From Bdellovibrionota bacterium (lineage in GTDB: Bacteria; Bdellovibrionota_C; UBA2361; JBGSMV01), in NCBI GenBank assembly GCA_041739995.1, contig JBGSMV010000016.1, positions 1 through 64,000 of the forward strand: 64,000 bases of DNA, given 5' to 3'. The translations under genes and the position numbers were made by a program. The notes under the pieces are model-generated. The model saw only the letters and a program-made list of their open reading frames with translations. It searched no databases and was not told the origin of the DNA. Below are positions 19,851 to 28,713 of this stretch, piece after piece (the first letter of the stretch is position 1; the number at the start of each line of letters is the position of its first letter).

Positions 19851-19866
19851 TGCGATTCTTGTGCCA
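19851..19866 (-). promoter_or_regulatory. Sigma54 (-24/-12) promoter
   Basis: Minus strand TGGCAC-AAGAA-TCGCA versus consensus TGGCAC-N5-TTGCW: one mismatch, GG/GC and spacing intact. Confidence 0.65.
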
Positions 19867-20013
19867 GGGGTGAGGGGGCCGAATTGAGGGGTATGTCCCT
19901 ATCAATCTAGTTCCCATGCTTGGGCGATTCTGCTTCAGAGATAGTACATTTTGTTGGGTAATTTGGTGGCAAGCTTAGGTAAAGCCACCAGAAGAATATT
20001 GATGGGGGATACA

Positions 20014-22005
20014 ATGAAAAGTGATTCCAAGCTCTTAAGTGATTTAGCGCTAACCGTAAGGGTGTTGTCGGCTGAAGCGGTCGAAAAGGCTAATTCTGGG
20101 CACCCGGGGCTCCCGATGGGTGCCGCTGATTTCGCCTCCCTATTATGGGCGGATTTCCTTCGATTTAACCCCCAAGACCCGAAGTGGCCAAACCGTGACC
20201 GCTTCATCCTCTCGGCCGGGCATGGCTGCATGTTGCTCTACACCCTTACTCACCTCTTTGGGTACGACTTGCCAATGAAGGAACTTCAGAGCTTCCGCCA
20301 GTGGGAGAGCAAAACACCGGGACATCCTGAGTTTGGGTTTACTCCGGGCGTAGAAGCAACTACTGGTCCGTTGGGGCAGGGCTTTTCGAACGGAGTTGGC
20401 GTCGCGCTTTCGGGCAAGATGCTTGCTGAGCAGTATTCACCTGAGATGTTCAATTATCGAGTCTTCGCCTTGGTAAGCGATGGCGATCTCATGGAAGGGA
20501 TTACGTCCGAGGCTGCTTCGCTTGCAGGTCACCTTGGCCTCGACAACCTCATTTATCTATACGACGACAACAAGATTTCTCTTGCCGGGAAAACGGACGT
20601 GTCGTTTACCGAATCAGTTCCGAAGCGTTTCGAGTCGTACGGGTGGTCGGTGCAAAGCTGTGATGGCCATAATCCAGACGAGATCCGCGCATGCTTAGAT
20701 CGTGCCGTTCAAGAGAAAGGAAAGCCAAAGATTATTTGCTGTCGAACCACAATCGGCAAAGGTTCCCCGAACAAAGAAGGAGACTGCGAGGTGCATGGTG
20801 CCCCGCTAGGAAAAGACGAGCTTGCTGCAACCAAGAAGAATCTTGGCTGGACTAGCGAGGAGCCGTTCTTTGTGCCTCCTCAAGTACAGAGCTTCTGCGC
20901 TGCTGCTATTGAGCAAAAGAAGAAGGAGTACTCGGAATGGCAAGCGAGCTTCAAGAAATGGGGCGACGCGAACTCAAGTAAGGCAGCGCTTTGGAAGGCT
21001 CAGTCTGAGCGTGTAGTACCGTCGGGACTAAAAGGAGAGCTACTCAAGAGTCTCGGAGAGATTAAGAAGGATTCAACTCGCAATCTTTCAGGCAAGGCGA
21101 TTCAAATTATTGCCAAGCACGTGCCTTACTTCGTGGGTGGATCGGCTGACCTTGAGCCTTCGACTAAGACACTCATTAAGGACACGACTGAGATTCAAGC
21201 CGGCAAGTTTGCCGGGCGCAATATTCGGTTCGGTGTTCGTGAACATGCAATGGGCGCTGCGGTGAATGGGCTTGCATACCAACAATGCTGGTTCCCGTTC
21301 GGTTCTACATTCTTGGTGTTTTCAGATTATATGCGCCCGACGATTCGGCTCGCGGCGCTCTCGCATCTGCAATCACTGTTTATTTTTACTCATGATTCAT
21401 TTTGGGTAGGAGAAGATGGGCCTACTCATGAGCCGATTGAGCAGGTGCAAAGCCTGCGGCTTATTCCGCATGTAAACGTGTATAGACCGGCTGATGGTGT
21501 AGAGGTGGCGATGAGCTACATGTCCGCTTTGGAGAATAAGTCGACCCCAAGTGTGATGATATTTACTCGCCAAGACCTCCCCATAGTCGCTCGACCATCT
21601 TCGGCGACGCCTGAAGATGTGTTGAAGGGCGGTTATGTGGTGACTGAGGCTGCTTCTCCTGATGTGGTGTTAGTAGCCACCGGTTCTGAGGTTTGGGTAG
21701 CGCAAGAAGCGGCCACCAAGTTGGGCGCGAAGGGCGTGAAGGCCCGCGTTGTCTCGATGCCATGTGTGGAGCTTTTCTTGAAGCAACCAGCGCAGTATCG
21801 TGATTCAGTGCTCCCAAAAGGAGTTCGCCGCGTCTCGATAGAAGCGGGCACCACGGTCGGTTGGGAAAGGATTGCGGGTAGCGACGGACTCCTGATCGGA
21901 ATCGATCACTATGGTGCTTCTGCTCCTGGTGGATTATTGGCAGAGAAGTTTGGATTTACCCCAGACCAGGTCGTAGGGAAGATCTCTGGGTTTCTAGGCA
22001 AATAG
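20014..22005 (+). CDS. tkt: Transketolase
   Basis: SGHPG, RDRFILSAGHG, TTGPLGQG, SDGDLMEG, GVREHAM and GEDGPTH. Confidence 0.97.
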   Translation: MKSDSKLLSDLALTVRVLSAEAVEKANSGHPGLPMGAADFASLLWADFLRFNPQDPKWPNRDRFILSAGHGCMLLYTLTHLFGYDLPMKELQSFRQWESKTPGHPEFGFTPGVEATTGPLGQGFSNGVGVALSGKMLAEQYSPEMFNYRVFALVSDGDLMEGITSEAASLAGHLGLDNLIYLYDDNKISLAGKTDVSFTESVPKRFESYGWSVQSCDGHNPDEIRACLDRAVQEKGKPKIICCRTTIGKGSPNKEGDCEVHGAPLGKDELAATKKNLGWTSEEPFFVPPQVQSFCAAAIEQKKKEYSEWQASFKKWGDANSSKAALWKAQSERVVPSGLKGELLKSLGEIKKDSTRNLSGKAIQIIAKHVPYFVGGSADLEPSTKTLIKDTTEIQAGKFAGRNIRFGVREHAMGAAVNGLAYQQCWFPFGSTFLVFSDYMRPTIRLAALSHLQSLFIFTHDSFWVGEDGPTHEPIEQVQSLRLIPHVNVYRPADGVEVAMSYMSALENKSTPSVMIFTRQDLPIVARPSSATPEDVLKGGYVVTEAASPDVVLVATGSEVWVAQEAATKLGAKGVKARVVSMPCVELFLKQPAQYRDSVLPKGVRRVSIEAGTTVGWERIAGSDGLLIGIDHYGASAPGGLLAEKFGFTPDQVVGKISGFLGK

Positions 22006-22019
22006 TAGTTCTCATACGC

Positions 22020-24062
22020 ATGGAATCTCTTTATCGCCGAGTGGTCTCTAGCCGCTACTTTCCATGGTACTGCTTAGTCTATGCGCTTGGACTCGCGCTG
22101 CGCTGGGTGATGCTTGATGATCGCCCAGTGCATCACGACGAGTCCTTGCACTACATGTACGGGCGCTACTTTTTTGATTTCCCTGAGCAGAACTTTCACA
22201 AGTACGACCCGATGCTGCACGGGCCGATACTCTATAACTCACTTCGGCTCGTGTATCTCACGCTTGGCAGTTCAACCTGGGCGGGGCGTGCGTTCATTGC
22301 GCTGCTCGGCTCCGCCTTCATCTTCGTTCCACTGCTCTTTCGCAAATTCTTTCATCCGCGCGCACTCCTGGTGCTGGTGACCGCGTTAGCGCTTTCACCC
22401 ACGCTGACTTTTTGGACCAGGTTCTTGCGTGAGGACATGCTCCAGATTTGGGCAACCACGCTGGTTTTCTATGGAGTACTTCTTGCACGCGCGGAGCGTA
22501 AAGCTCTGTTTGTTTTGGTGGGATGCGCTTTGCAGTGGTGCATCAAGGCAAATTTCTTTGTGCACCTGGCAATTTTGATTGGCTATCTGGTGTTCGAATT
22601 CGCATGGGACGCGATCGTTCGCAAGAAGTACGACGGACTGCTGGTTCGCTTGTTCCGCTATCTTAGGCAGTATGAGAAGCAGACCCTTTTTGCGTTCGGC
22701 ACGGCTGCGTTTGTTTTCACTTACTTCTACTCAAGCGGTTACCGCTATAGCGCAGGGCTATTAGATGGGCTCTATCGCAAGAGCTTCTTGTACTGGATTA
22801 ATCAGCACAACATCGAGCGCATTCCAGGTCCCTTCATGTTTCACGTGTACCAGCTTAGTTGGTACGAATTCTTGTTCATGGTTGCCTTCTTCATTCAGGC
22901 CGCTTTGATGTATTTGCGCGGGCCGCGCCTTATTAAAATTGCGGGAGTGAGTGCGGGCCTCGCCACCCTGCTTTTGTCTTCACTCGCCGCCTATCACCAA
23001 TCCGCTTTAGGAAAGCCCTTTGAAGGCGTTGCCCCGTGGAATCTTCTAAATCTAAAGAGCTATTTTGACGTGTTCGGGTTGTTGCCGATTGACGTGCTTG
23101 GATGTTGTTTCCTTATTTTTCATGCGGTGTTGGTGACGGTGTATCACTTGTTGCGGGAGGAACGAGGCGCGGCGTTCTTTGGCTATCTCTTCATGGCGCT
23201 CTTTTTCACCTACAGCTATTTAGGCGAAAAGGTGCCGTGGCTTGCCATCTATCCGTTTCTTGCCGGAGTTATTTATTTGGTGCTGTTCTTTCAAGGCTAC
23301 TTTAAAGGTCGTGACTCTGCTGAGTTCGCAAATTTCCCAGTCGCGCGACTGATGCGCGTAACCGCCTGTATTTTAGCCGGGTTTGGACTGATTTTTCTTA
23401 TTGAAGATCCTGATAGTTTAGCCAGAAATCTGCCCGCGGACCTTACGGCTGCGCAGCAATTTATCCTTGGTGCGTTGAAGAATGCCCCAATACTTACCGC
23501 CGGCGTTCTACTTTTTCCTATCACTTTGCTTGCGAAGCGCCTCAACCTGTTAGGAACGATAAATATTGGTGTGGTGGCGATGATAGGACTGATTCTATTC
23601 AACGTGCGCGCCACCTGGATGGTAAATCAGGTCAATGGTGGAAAGTCGAGCGAGTTCATGAGTCAGGTGCATACCACCAAGGAGTTACAAGACTTTGCGC
23701 TTGATATCCGTCATCAAATTCTCACCCCAACTTCCGGCAAGAAGCCTACCGTATACGTAACGGGGGAGAGCACCTGGCCGCTTACCTGGTACTTCGTAGA
23801 CCTTCCAGAATATAAGTTCACCGCAACTTCAGAGGAGATGGAGAAGTTTGATTATCGTTTCATCGACTTCGAGTCAGATAAGGCCAAGCAGTTTCCGGGC
23901 TATCGTAGGGTCGATTTAAATCTTAGAGGATGGTGGGTGCCGGACTACGCCAAGATGACTTTCGCAAATTTCTTATACTACTCGCTCACTCAAGTGCCAT
24001 TTAGTCCAGTCGGATATTCGTATGTGACCGTGCTGGTGAAAGAGCCGGTGAGCCAGCCTTAA
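22020..24062 (+). CDS. GT-C fold membrane glycosyltransferase, TIGR03663/Agl23-like
   Basis: HHDESLH..Y, Y(D)P.LHGP, SP...FWTRFLRED and EKVPW motifs; many TM helices. Confidence 0.75.
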   Translation: MESLYRRVVSSRYFPWYCLVYALGLALRWVMLDDRPVHHDESLHYMYGRYFFDFPEQNFHKYDPMLHGPILYNSLRLVYLTLGSSTWAGRAFIALLGSAFIFVPLLFRKFFHPRALLVLVTALALSPTLTFWTRFLREDMLQIWATTLVFYGVLLARAERKALFVLVGCALQWCIKANFFVHLAILIGYLVFEFAWDAIVRKKYDGLLVRLFRYLRQYEKQTLFAFGTAAFVFTYFYSSGYRYSAGLLDGLYRKSFLYWINQHNIERIPGPFMFHVYQLSWYEFLFMVAFFIQAALMYLRGPRLIKIAGVSAGLATLLLSSLAAYHQSALGKPFEGVAPWNLLNLKSYFDVFGLLPIDVLGCCFLIFHAVLVTVYHLLREERGAAFFGYLFMALFFTYSYLGEKVPWLAIYPFLAGVIYLVLFFQGYFKGRDSAEFANFPVARLMRVTACILAGFGLIFLIEDPDSLARNLPADLTAAQQFILGALKNAPILTAGVLLFPITLLAKRLNLLGTINIGVVAMIGLILFNVRATWMVNQVNGGKSSEFMSQVHTTKELQDFALDIRHQILTPTSGKKPTVYVTGESTWPLTWYFVDLPEYKFTATSEEMEKFDYRFIDFESDKAKQFPGYRRVDLNLRGWWVPDYAKMTFANFLYYSLTQVPFSPVGYSYVTVLVKEPVSQP

Positions 24063-24319
24063 TGTTTCAGGTAGTTGACGAACGTTAACCCTAGAGTCGA
24101 AGCAAACAGTACGAGCAAGCCCTACGCTAAGTTTTTACCTGTCAACAAAAGCAGGCGAAGATCCGTTGATTAGGGGGCATTTTGAGCAGATGATTTGATG
24201 CACGAACAGGCGGGCGCTTGCCGTTATCAGGCTACATATGAGTCATAGCCAACTTAGAACTCCGACTCTATTGGACGAAGAAACCATATCGGCTGCGGTG
24301 GCGGTCTGAGATTTATGCT

Positions 24320-24478
24320 TTGAAAGAGCTGACGATCGTCGGTACTTCCGATAGGATTTCGATCTTTGCTCTTTCAACTTTCGACACGGACTACCTGCTA
24401 ATCGGAAAGGATAACTTCACCAAAGCCAAGGAGGTCCTTACGGCCAGTGGTCGTACGATAATTGGTGAAGCCGATTGA
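24320..24478 (+). pseudogene. Internally deleted ACT-domain (ACT_7-type) gene remnant, 52 aa
   Basis: Own translation from TTG: MKELTIVGTSDRISIFALSTFDTDYLLIGKDNFTKAKEVLTASG..., carrying the ISIFALSTFDTDY signature. Confidence 0.65.
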
Positions 24479-24549
24479 TCGGCCGGATACTTCCTCCGTT
24501 CCCGATAACAACTGAACAGAAGCAAATCGTCGCGTCGAGCGAGGGGCCT

Positions 24550-24581
24550 GGTGCTCGACACCTAGAGCGATGTCGAGCACC
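24550..24581. terminator. 11-bp hairpin between convergent genes
   Basis: GGTGCTCGACA-N10-TGTCGAGCACC; no U-tract. Confidence 0.5.
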
Positions 24582-24597
24582 CAAAGGAGAATCTTTG

Positions 24598-25290
24598 TTA
24601 CTGAATAGTTCTTTCTAAAAACACACCATTCTCTACAGTTTCGACTTGCACCGTATCGTTTTTCTTTAGGTTCGGAATGACCGCATTAAGATGAAGCGCA
24701 CTGACGCACTCGCCCGAAAGGGTGCGCACTCGTCGGCGAGATTTGGAGCGAACGGCTGCGCTGTATTTCGCTACACTTCCCTGTGCTTGGCTTGATGCAG
24801 TTCCAATGAAGTCCAACGAGCAACTTGAGACCACTATGCCTTGCCGAATAACTCGTGCGGTGACCGGCAGCGTGTCTGCTTGTGTGACATCAAGCACATT
24901 CGGAACGCTGGCACCCAGCGGAATGCGCACTTTGACATGGAATCGTGCCGGTTGTGTTGCGCTCCTGCGTCGAAATTGAGCGCGGCCCGTCGCTTGCGTT
25001 TCAATCCCCACTGCCGGTGAAAGTTGAGCATGTACCGTTGTGCCACTTGTTGAGCTTCCTGCAGACGACGAGCTTCCACTGCTATGGGAATGCGCGCTGC
25101 TGCCTTGAGAACTTGAGGCGGAAGAGTTTGACCCGGAAGAGTTTGAGAAGGAGGAGGCTGAGGAACTCGAGGAGCTCCCGTCATCGTCGTCATCACCGCC
25201 ATGTGCCAAGCTGGTACTGGGCAAAATGGCGAGAGCAAGGCATAGAAATGGAAGTGCCAGAGTCTGTTTTCTTAAGAATCTTAGGCCCAT
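24598..25290 (-). CDS. Secreted Ser-rich protein
   Basis: Signal peptide ending SLA-HGGDDDDD, Ser-rich linker, beta-rich C-terminal domain with two Cys. Confidence 0.75.
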   Translation of the reverse strand: MGLRFLRKQTLALPFLCLALAILPSTSLAHGGDDDDDGSSSSSSASSFSNSSGSNSSASSSQGSSAHSHSSGSSSSAGSSTSGTTVHAQLSPAVGIETQATGRAQFRRRSATQPARFHVKVRIPLGASVPNVLDVTQADTLPVTARVIRQGIVVSSCSLDFIGTASSQAQGSVAKYSAAVRSKSRRRVRTLSGECVSALHLNAVIPNLKKNDTVQVETVENGVFLERTIQ

Positions 25291-25336
25291 AATGAATCTC
25301 CGTTTATGATAAAATATAGTCTAATTGCTGTATTGA

Positions 25337-26188
25337 TTAGTCTTCCTTCCTCAGGCGCTCCAGCAGAACTTGTCCGCCAGAGGTGCTCCCGCGAGCTTCA
25401 ACTAATTCCCCCACTGCAAAGTTTTCCAAAGCGGTGTCTTCACCTTCTTCGTCCTCGAACCTAGTGCTTGGCTGGGGGATGAAGTTCACGTTGCTGACGC
25501 GCACTACTGAGCTGCTAATCGCTTGAATTGGACCGGTTCTTCGAACCTCACTACCGGTCGAAGAACTGCTGTTTTCTGACGAAGATGAACCGCTATTCGA
25601 TGTCTGTGAGCTGCTTGAGCTGTCTCCGGAGGAACTACTATTGGATGAATCGTCGTCTGAGGACGATCCACTGGAGGACGGACTGCTTAAGGAGCTGCTG
25701 CTGTTCTGGTCGGAGGAGTTCGAGGCTGAGTCGTTTGAAGAACCCGCACTCGAGTTGCTTGTGGTAGAGCTAATGCTCGAGGATGAATACGAAGCGGGTG
25801 GGCGCTCAATCACAACTTCATCGGGTACGACAGAATTTTGTTCAACACTGGCGCGGAAGGTCGCCGTGACTTTGGAAGCGTCTCCCGGCACATCAGTGAT
25901 TGTTGAGGTGGTATTGAGCCCTTGTCCCTCAAAGAGCAGGCCAAACTCAGCGGCTCTTTCAGCGATGAGAGCAAAGCGTCCATCTGAATTGGTGATATCT
26001 GCATCGCCTGATGCCTGGTCGGTTACCATAACGCCGACCACGGGACTGTTGGTCTGAGTCAACAGGCGACCGTCAATAGTGATTCCACCGGATCCAGAGG
26101 TGCCCCCGCCACAGCTTGCCAGTACGCCCCAAAGCGACATCACCATGAGGGCCAGTGGGCGCGTTAAGAGAAATCGCTTGATATTCAT
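25337..26188 (-). CDS. Lipoprotein with beta-sandwich N-domain, Ser-rich linker and DUF5666-like C-domain
   Basis: Lipobox LASC-GGG; T.SDGRF; C-terminal GPIQAI...V....T.F......L..F.VG..VEARG. Confidence 0.7.
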   Translation of the reverse strand: MNIKRFLLTRPLALMVMSLWGVLASCGGGTSGSGGITIDGRLLTQTNSPVVGVMVTDQASGDADITNSDGRFALIAERAAEFGLLFEGQGLNTTSTITDVPGDASKVTATFRASVEQNSVVPDEVVIERPPASYSSSSISSTTSNSSAGSSNDSASNSSDQNSSSSLSSPSSSGSSSDDDSSNSSSSGDSSSSSQTSNSGSSSSENSSSSTGSEVRRTGPIQAISSSVVRVSNVNFIPQPSTRFEDEEGEDTALENFAVGELVEARGSTSGGQVLLERLRKED

Positions 26189-27036
26189 AACTCACCATTA
26201 TGTCTTTGCTTATTCTGAATGGTTGTACTCTTTGAGCGATCCATACCTAAGCTGCTAAAGCTGAAAGACCCGACAACGATCCTTGCGGTGCCAGAGTCAG
26301 CATCGAGCTGTTGAGTGACATCTCGATCCTGACTGGCGAGGTATCGACGTACTTTTTGATGAAAAAGGCTCCCCTCCTTCATTATCCACTCGCGAATACG
26401 GGAGACTTTGGACTCTGGAATGTTGTCGAAGGAGGTCTTCAAGTGATGATGCTTGTCGGCGCTTGTACCAAATAGATTTTCCTCAACTGCAAGGCCCAGA
26501 TCAATGGTATCTTCCCCCCACTGCTCAAGTTGCTCGTTAATATTGTCAGAAGGGGCATAGTCACGCCAAATGAGCTTTACGATACCATGCTTTCGCTCAA
26601 CGATTCCGCGGCGTTCCATTTCAAACAAGAGGGTGTAACCACTTAAGTCGCCGCCATTTACCGATTCCACTAATTTGGCAAACTCGCTCGCGCGACCCTC
26701 ACAGCTAAGCACGCGAGGCTTTCTCGCCTTAGTGGTGAATCGGGCGCTATTCTGCCATTGAGCCATCACCCGGCTGATGAGAGAACCGGGAGATCTGATT
26801 GGTTTAGAGTTGTTGGCGAGTCTTGCAACATCTTTGCGATGCACCCCCGTCATGGCGCTCACCCTACTGGCGCTAGTTGACTCTCCGGATGAGGAAATTG
26901 AGCGCTCCGCTGCTTCAACCATTATGCCCTTTAGTATTTCGATCATCTCGTTAAGTTGAATGCCGTAGCGCAGCGCAAGAAGTACGGCCGGTCGAAGCAG
27001 TTTGCGGAGAATATGGGGTGCTCGCTCGCTATCCAC
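26185..27036 (-). CDS. DUF6502-family protein (N-terminal HTH-like region)
   Basis: LLRPAVLLALRYG, SRVSAMTGVHRKDV, RV...W....F...P..L, F..LV.SV and FDN+P motifs; 4-nt overlap with the DUF5666-like gene. Confidence 0.75.
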   Translation of the reverse strand: MDSERAPHILRKLLRPAVLLALRYGIQLNEMIEILKGIMVEAAERSISSSGESTSASRVSAMTGVHRKDVARLANNSKPIRSPGSLISRVMAQWQNSARFTTKARKPRVLSCEGRASEFAKLVESVNGGDLSGYTLLFEMERRGIVERKHGIVKLIWRDYAPSDNINEQLEQWGEDTIDLGLAVEENLFGTSADKHHHLKTSFDNIPESKVSRIREWIMKEGSLFHQKVRRYLASQDRDVTQQLDADSGTARIVVGSFSFSSLGMDRSKSTTIQNKQRHNGEL

Positions 27037-27444
27037 TACTGTTCTGCCTTATGCTGGGATTTAATCACATTACTAAGCTGTCGTAAAGAATGCTCGGTTG
27101 GCGTGGCTAAAATTGGCCATAAGATACTGAAAATATGCAGGTTATATTGAACTAGGGACACTTGCGCCGGCGACTTCTGGCCAGAAATGACGCATTGGGG
27201 GACTACCCTGTGGCTTTGGTGGTGCTGGACTTAAGAGATGGGGAGGTAACTTGGGTCTCGAGCTATCAAGAGCAAGTATTTAGAGAAAGTATCAAGAAAA
27301 AGGGTGAGGGAAATTTCAGGTGAATATGGCTGAAATGGACGAGCGATAGCATTTCCTTGAGTGACGATTGAACCATTAGGTATTTGTGTAATGCCACAAA
27401 TACTCAAACCACCTTGAAAGAAGCACAACAAGAAATGCCACAAG

Positions 27445-27491
27445 AAAAGCACCCCCGGGAACGGCTTGGGGCCAAGCCGTCCCGGGAGTGC
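27445..27491 (-). terminator. Rho-independent terminator of orphan gene 27533-28135
   Basis: Long GC stem (CCCGGGA..ACGGCTTGG/CCAAGCCGT..CCCGGG) followed by TTTTCTT on the minus strand. Confidence 0.7.
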
Positions 27492-27532
27492 GAGAGGAGA
27501 GAGGCCTCATGGAAATGCGGAAAAAAAAGGTC

Positions 27533-28135
27533 TCAGGTTGAAGCGGAGACGAGTCGCGAGTCAGCGGAACCCTTCAGCTGAATCCACCTCTCGTGCGTCG
27601 ACTTGAGCGCTTTCAAGTGAACGCCGCTGCGAAGGCCGCTGGTGAACGCCTCACACTCCTTCACGGGGTGATTCGTTCCGAGCTTGATCACGAAGGGGTG
27701 CGCCTGGGTGCCCTTGTCGACATTGCCAAGAAGCTCCTGCACGCGCTCAAGGCGTGTGCAAAGCTTCATGTAGCGACCCTCATCATCGAAAATCCAGGCC
27801 AGACGCTGCCGAATCTCCTGGATGGAGTAGGTGTTCAGCAGCACCGCCAACAGCGCCTTGAGCTCGTCGTCATGGCCGACAGGAACGGGGCCTTTCGCCT
27901 TGATGCTCCAGCCATCCTTGGCGCAGGCCACGATCTGATAGAAGGTGTTGACCACGTTGGCCAGCACCAGTTCCTCCGCCTTGGTCACCGAGCGCTCTGC
28001 GGGATCGCTCCGACCTTGGAAGGCGCGCGTCCGAACACCTGCGACAGAAACTCCGGCGTGCGGGGGCGTCGTGCCATTGGAATGATGCGTGCGTGCAGCA
28101 TGCCCGTTCGTTTCACTGCTCCTCGTAGTACTCAT
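27533..28135 (-). CDS. Hypothetical orphan protein (200 aa)
   Basis: SD AGAGGTG before ATG, GC-rich third positions, own terminator; the plus-strand ORF 27593-28297 is its shadow. Confidence 0.7.
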   Translation of the reverse strand: MSTTRSSETNGHAARTHHSNGTTPPHAGVSVAGVRTRAFQGRSDPAERSVTKAEELVLANVVNTFYQIVACAKDGWSIKAKGPVPVGHDDELKALLAVLLNTYSIQEIRQRLAWIFDDEGRYMKLCTRLERVQELLGNVDKGTQAHPFVIKLGTNHPVKECEAFTSGLRSGVHLKALKSTHERWIQLKGSADSRLVSAST

Positions 28136-28619
28136 CGTTCACCTCTTTGCAGAATTCCCCAGCGAGAAAGTTCGACCAGCACATGGACCTGGGTGTTTCC
28201 ATGCGTAGCAAAAGTGAGCGAGGCAACGCACACTATCGCTACGCACGGGACCGTCAGTCCGGAATGCATGACATTGTTTTCTCTAGTGGAGTACTGAAGA
28301 GGCGAAACGCAAAAACCACTAAGCCCAGCTACAGTAGAAACCTGCAGCAGGAGAACCTTAGGTATCACTCAAGGAATGCTCGCGAGTTAAAAGGTTGAAC
28401 GCGAAGGGCGCCTTTCAACTAGCGAGCATCCTCGAACCAAACTACCCAAAACTCTAATGAAAGTGAGCAATTGGGCGACCCTAACACAAGCCTAACACTC
28501 AACATAGAGCAAAAGGACCAAAGAGATTTTTGAAATTTGGGGGAATATTTCTGCCGAGCAGGAAGCTACTGGACTCAGCAAAATGTTGCTCACCCACCAG
28601 AGAAAGTCATGGTGATGCC

Positions 28620-28675
28620 TGTGGAAAAAGCTGTGGAAAACTCCAGAATGAGTCTGTGGAAAACCCTGTGGAGTG
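28620..28675. promoter_or_regulatory. Cluster of DnaA boxes
   Basis: TGTGGAAAA (= TTTTCCACA, fits TTWTNCACA) at 28620, 28632 and 28655, plus degenerate TGTGGAGTG at 28667; all co-oriented. Confidence 0.7.
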
Positions 28676-28713
28676 ATTTTTTGGCGGTTCTCAGGAGGAC
28701 ACGGAGGAAGGAT

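Noticed and set aside
27593..28297. 234-aa plus-strand ORF
   Set aside because: Antisense shadow of 27533-28135, which has an SD and a terminator.
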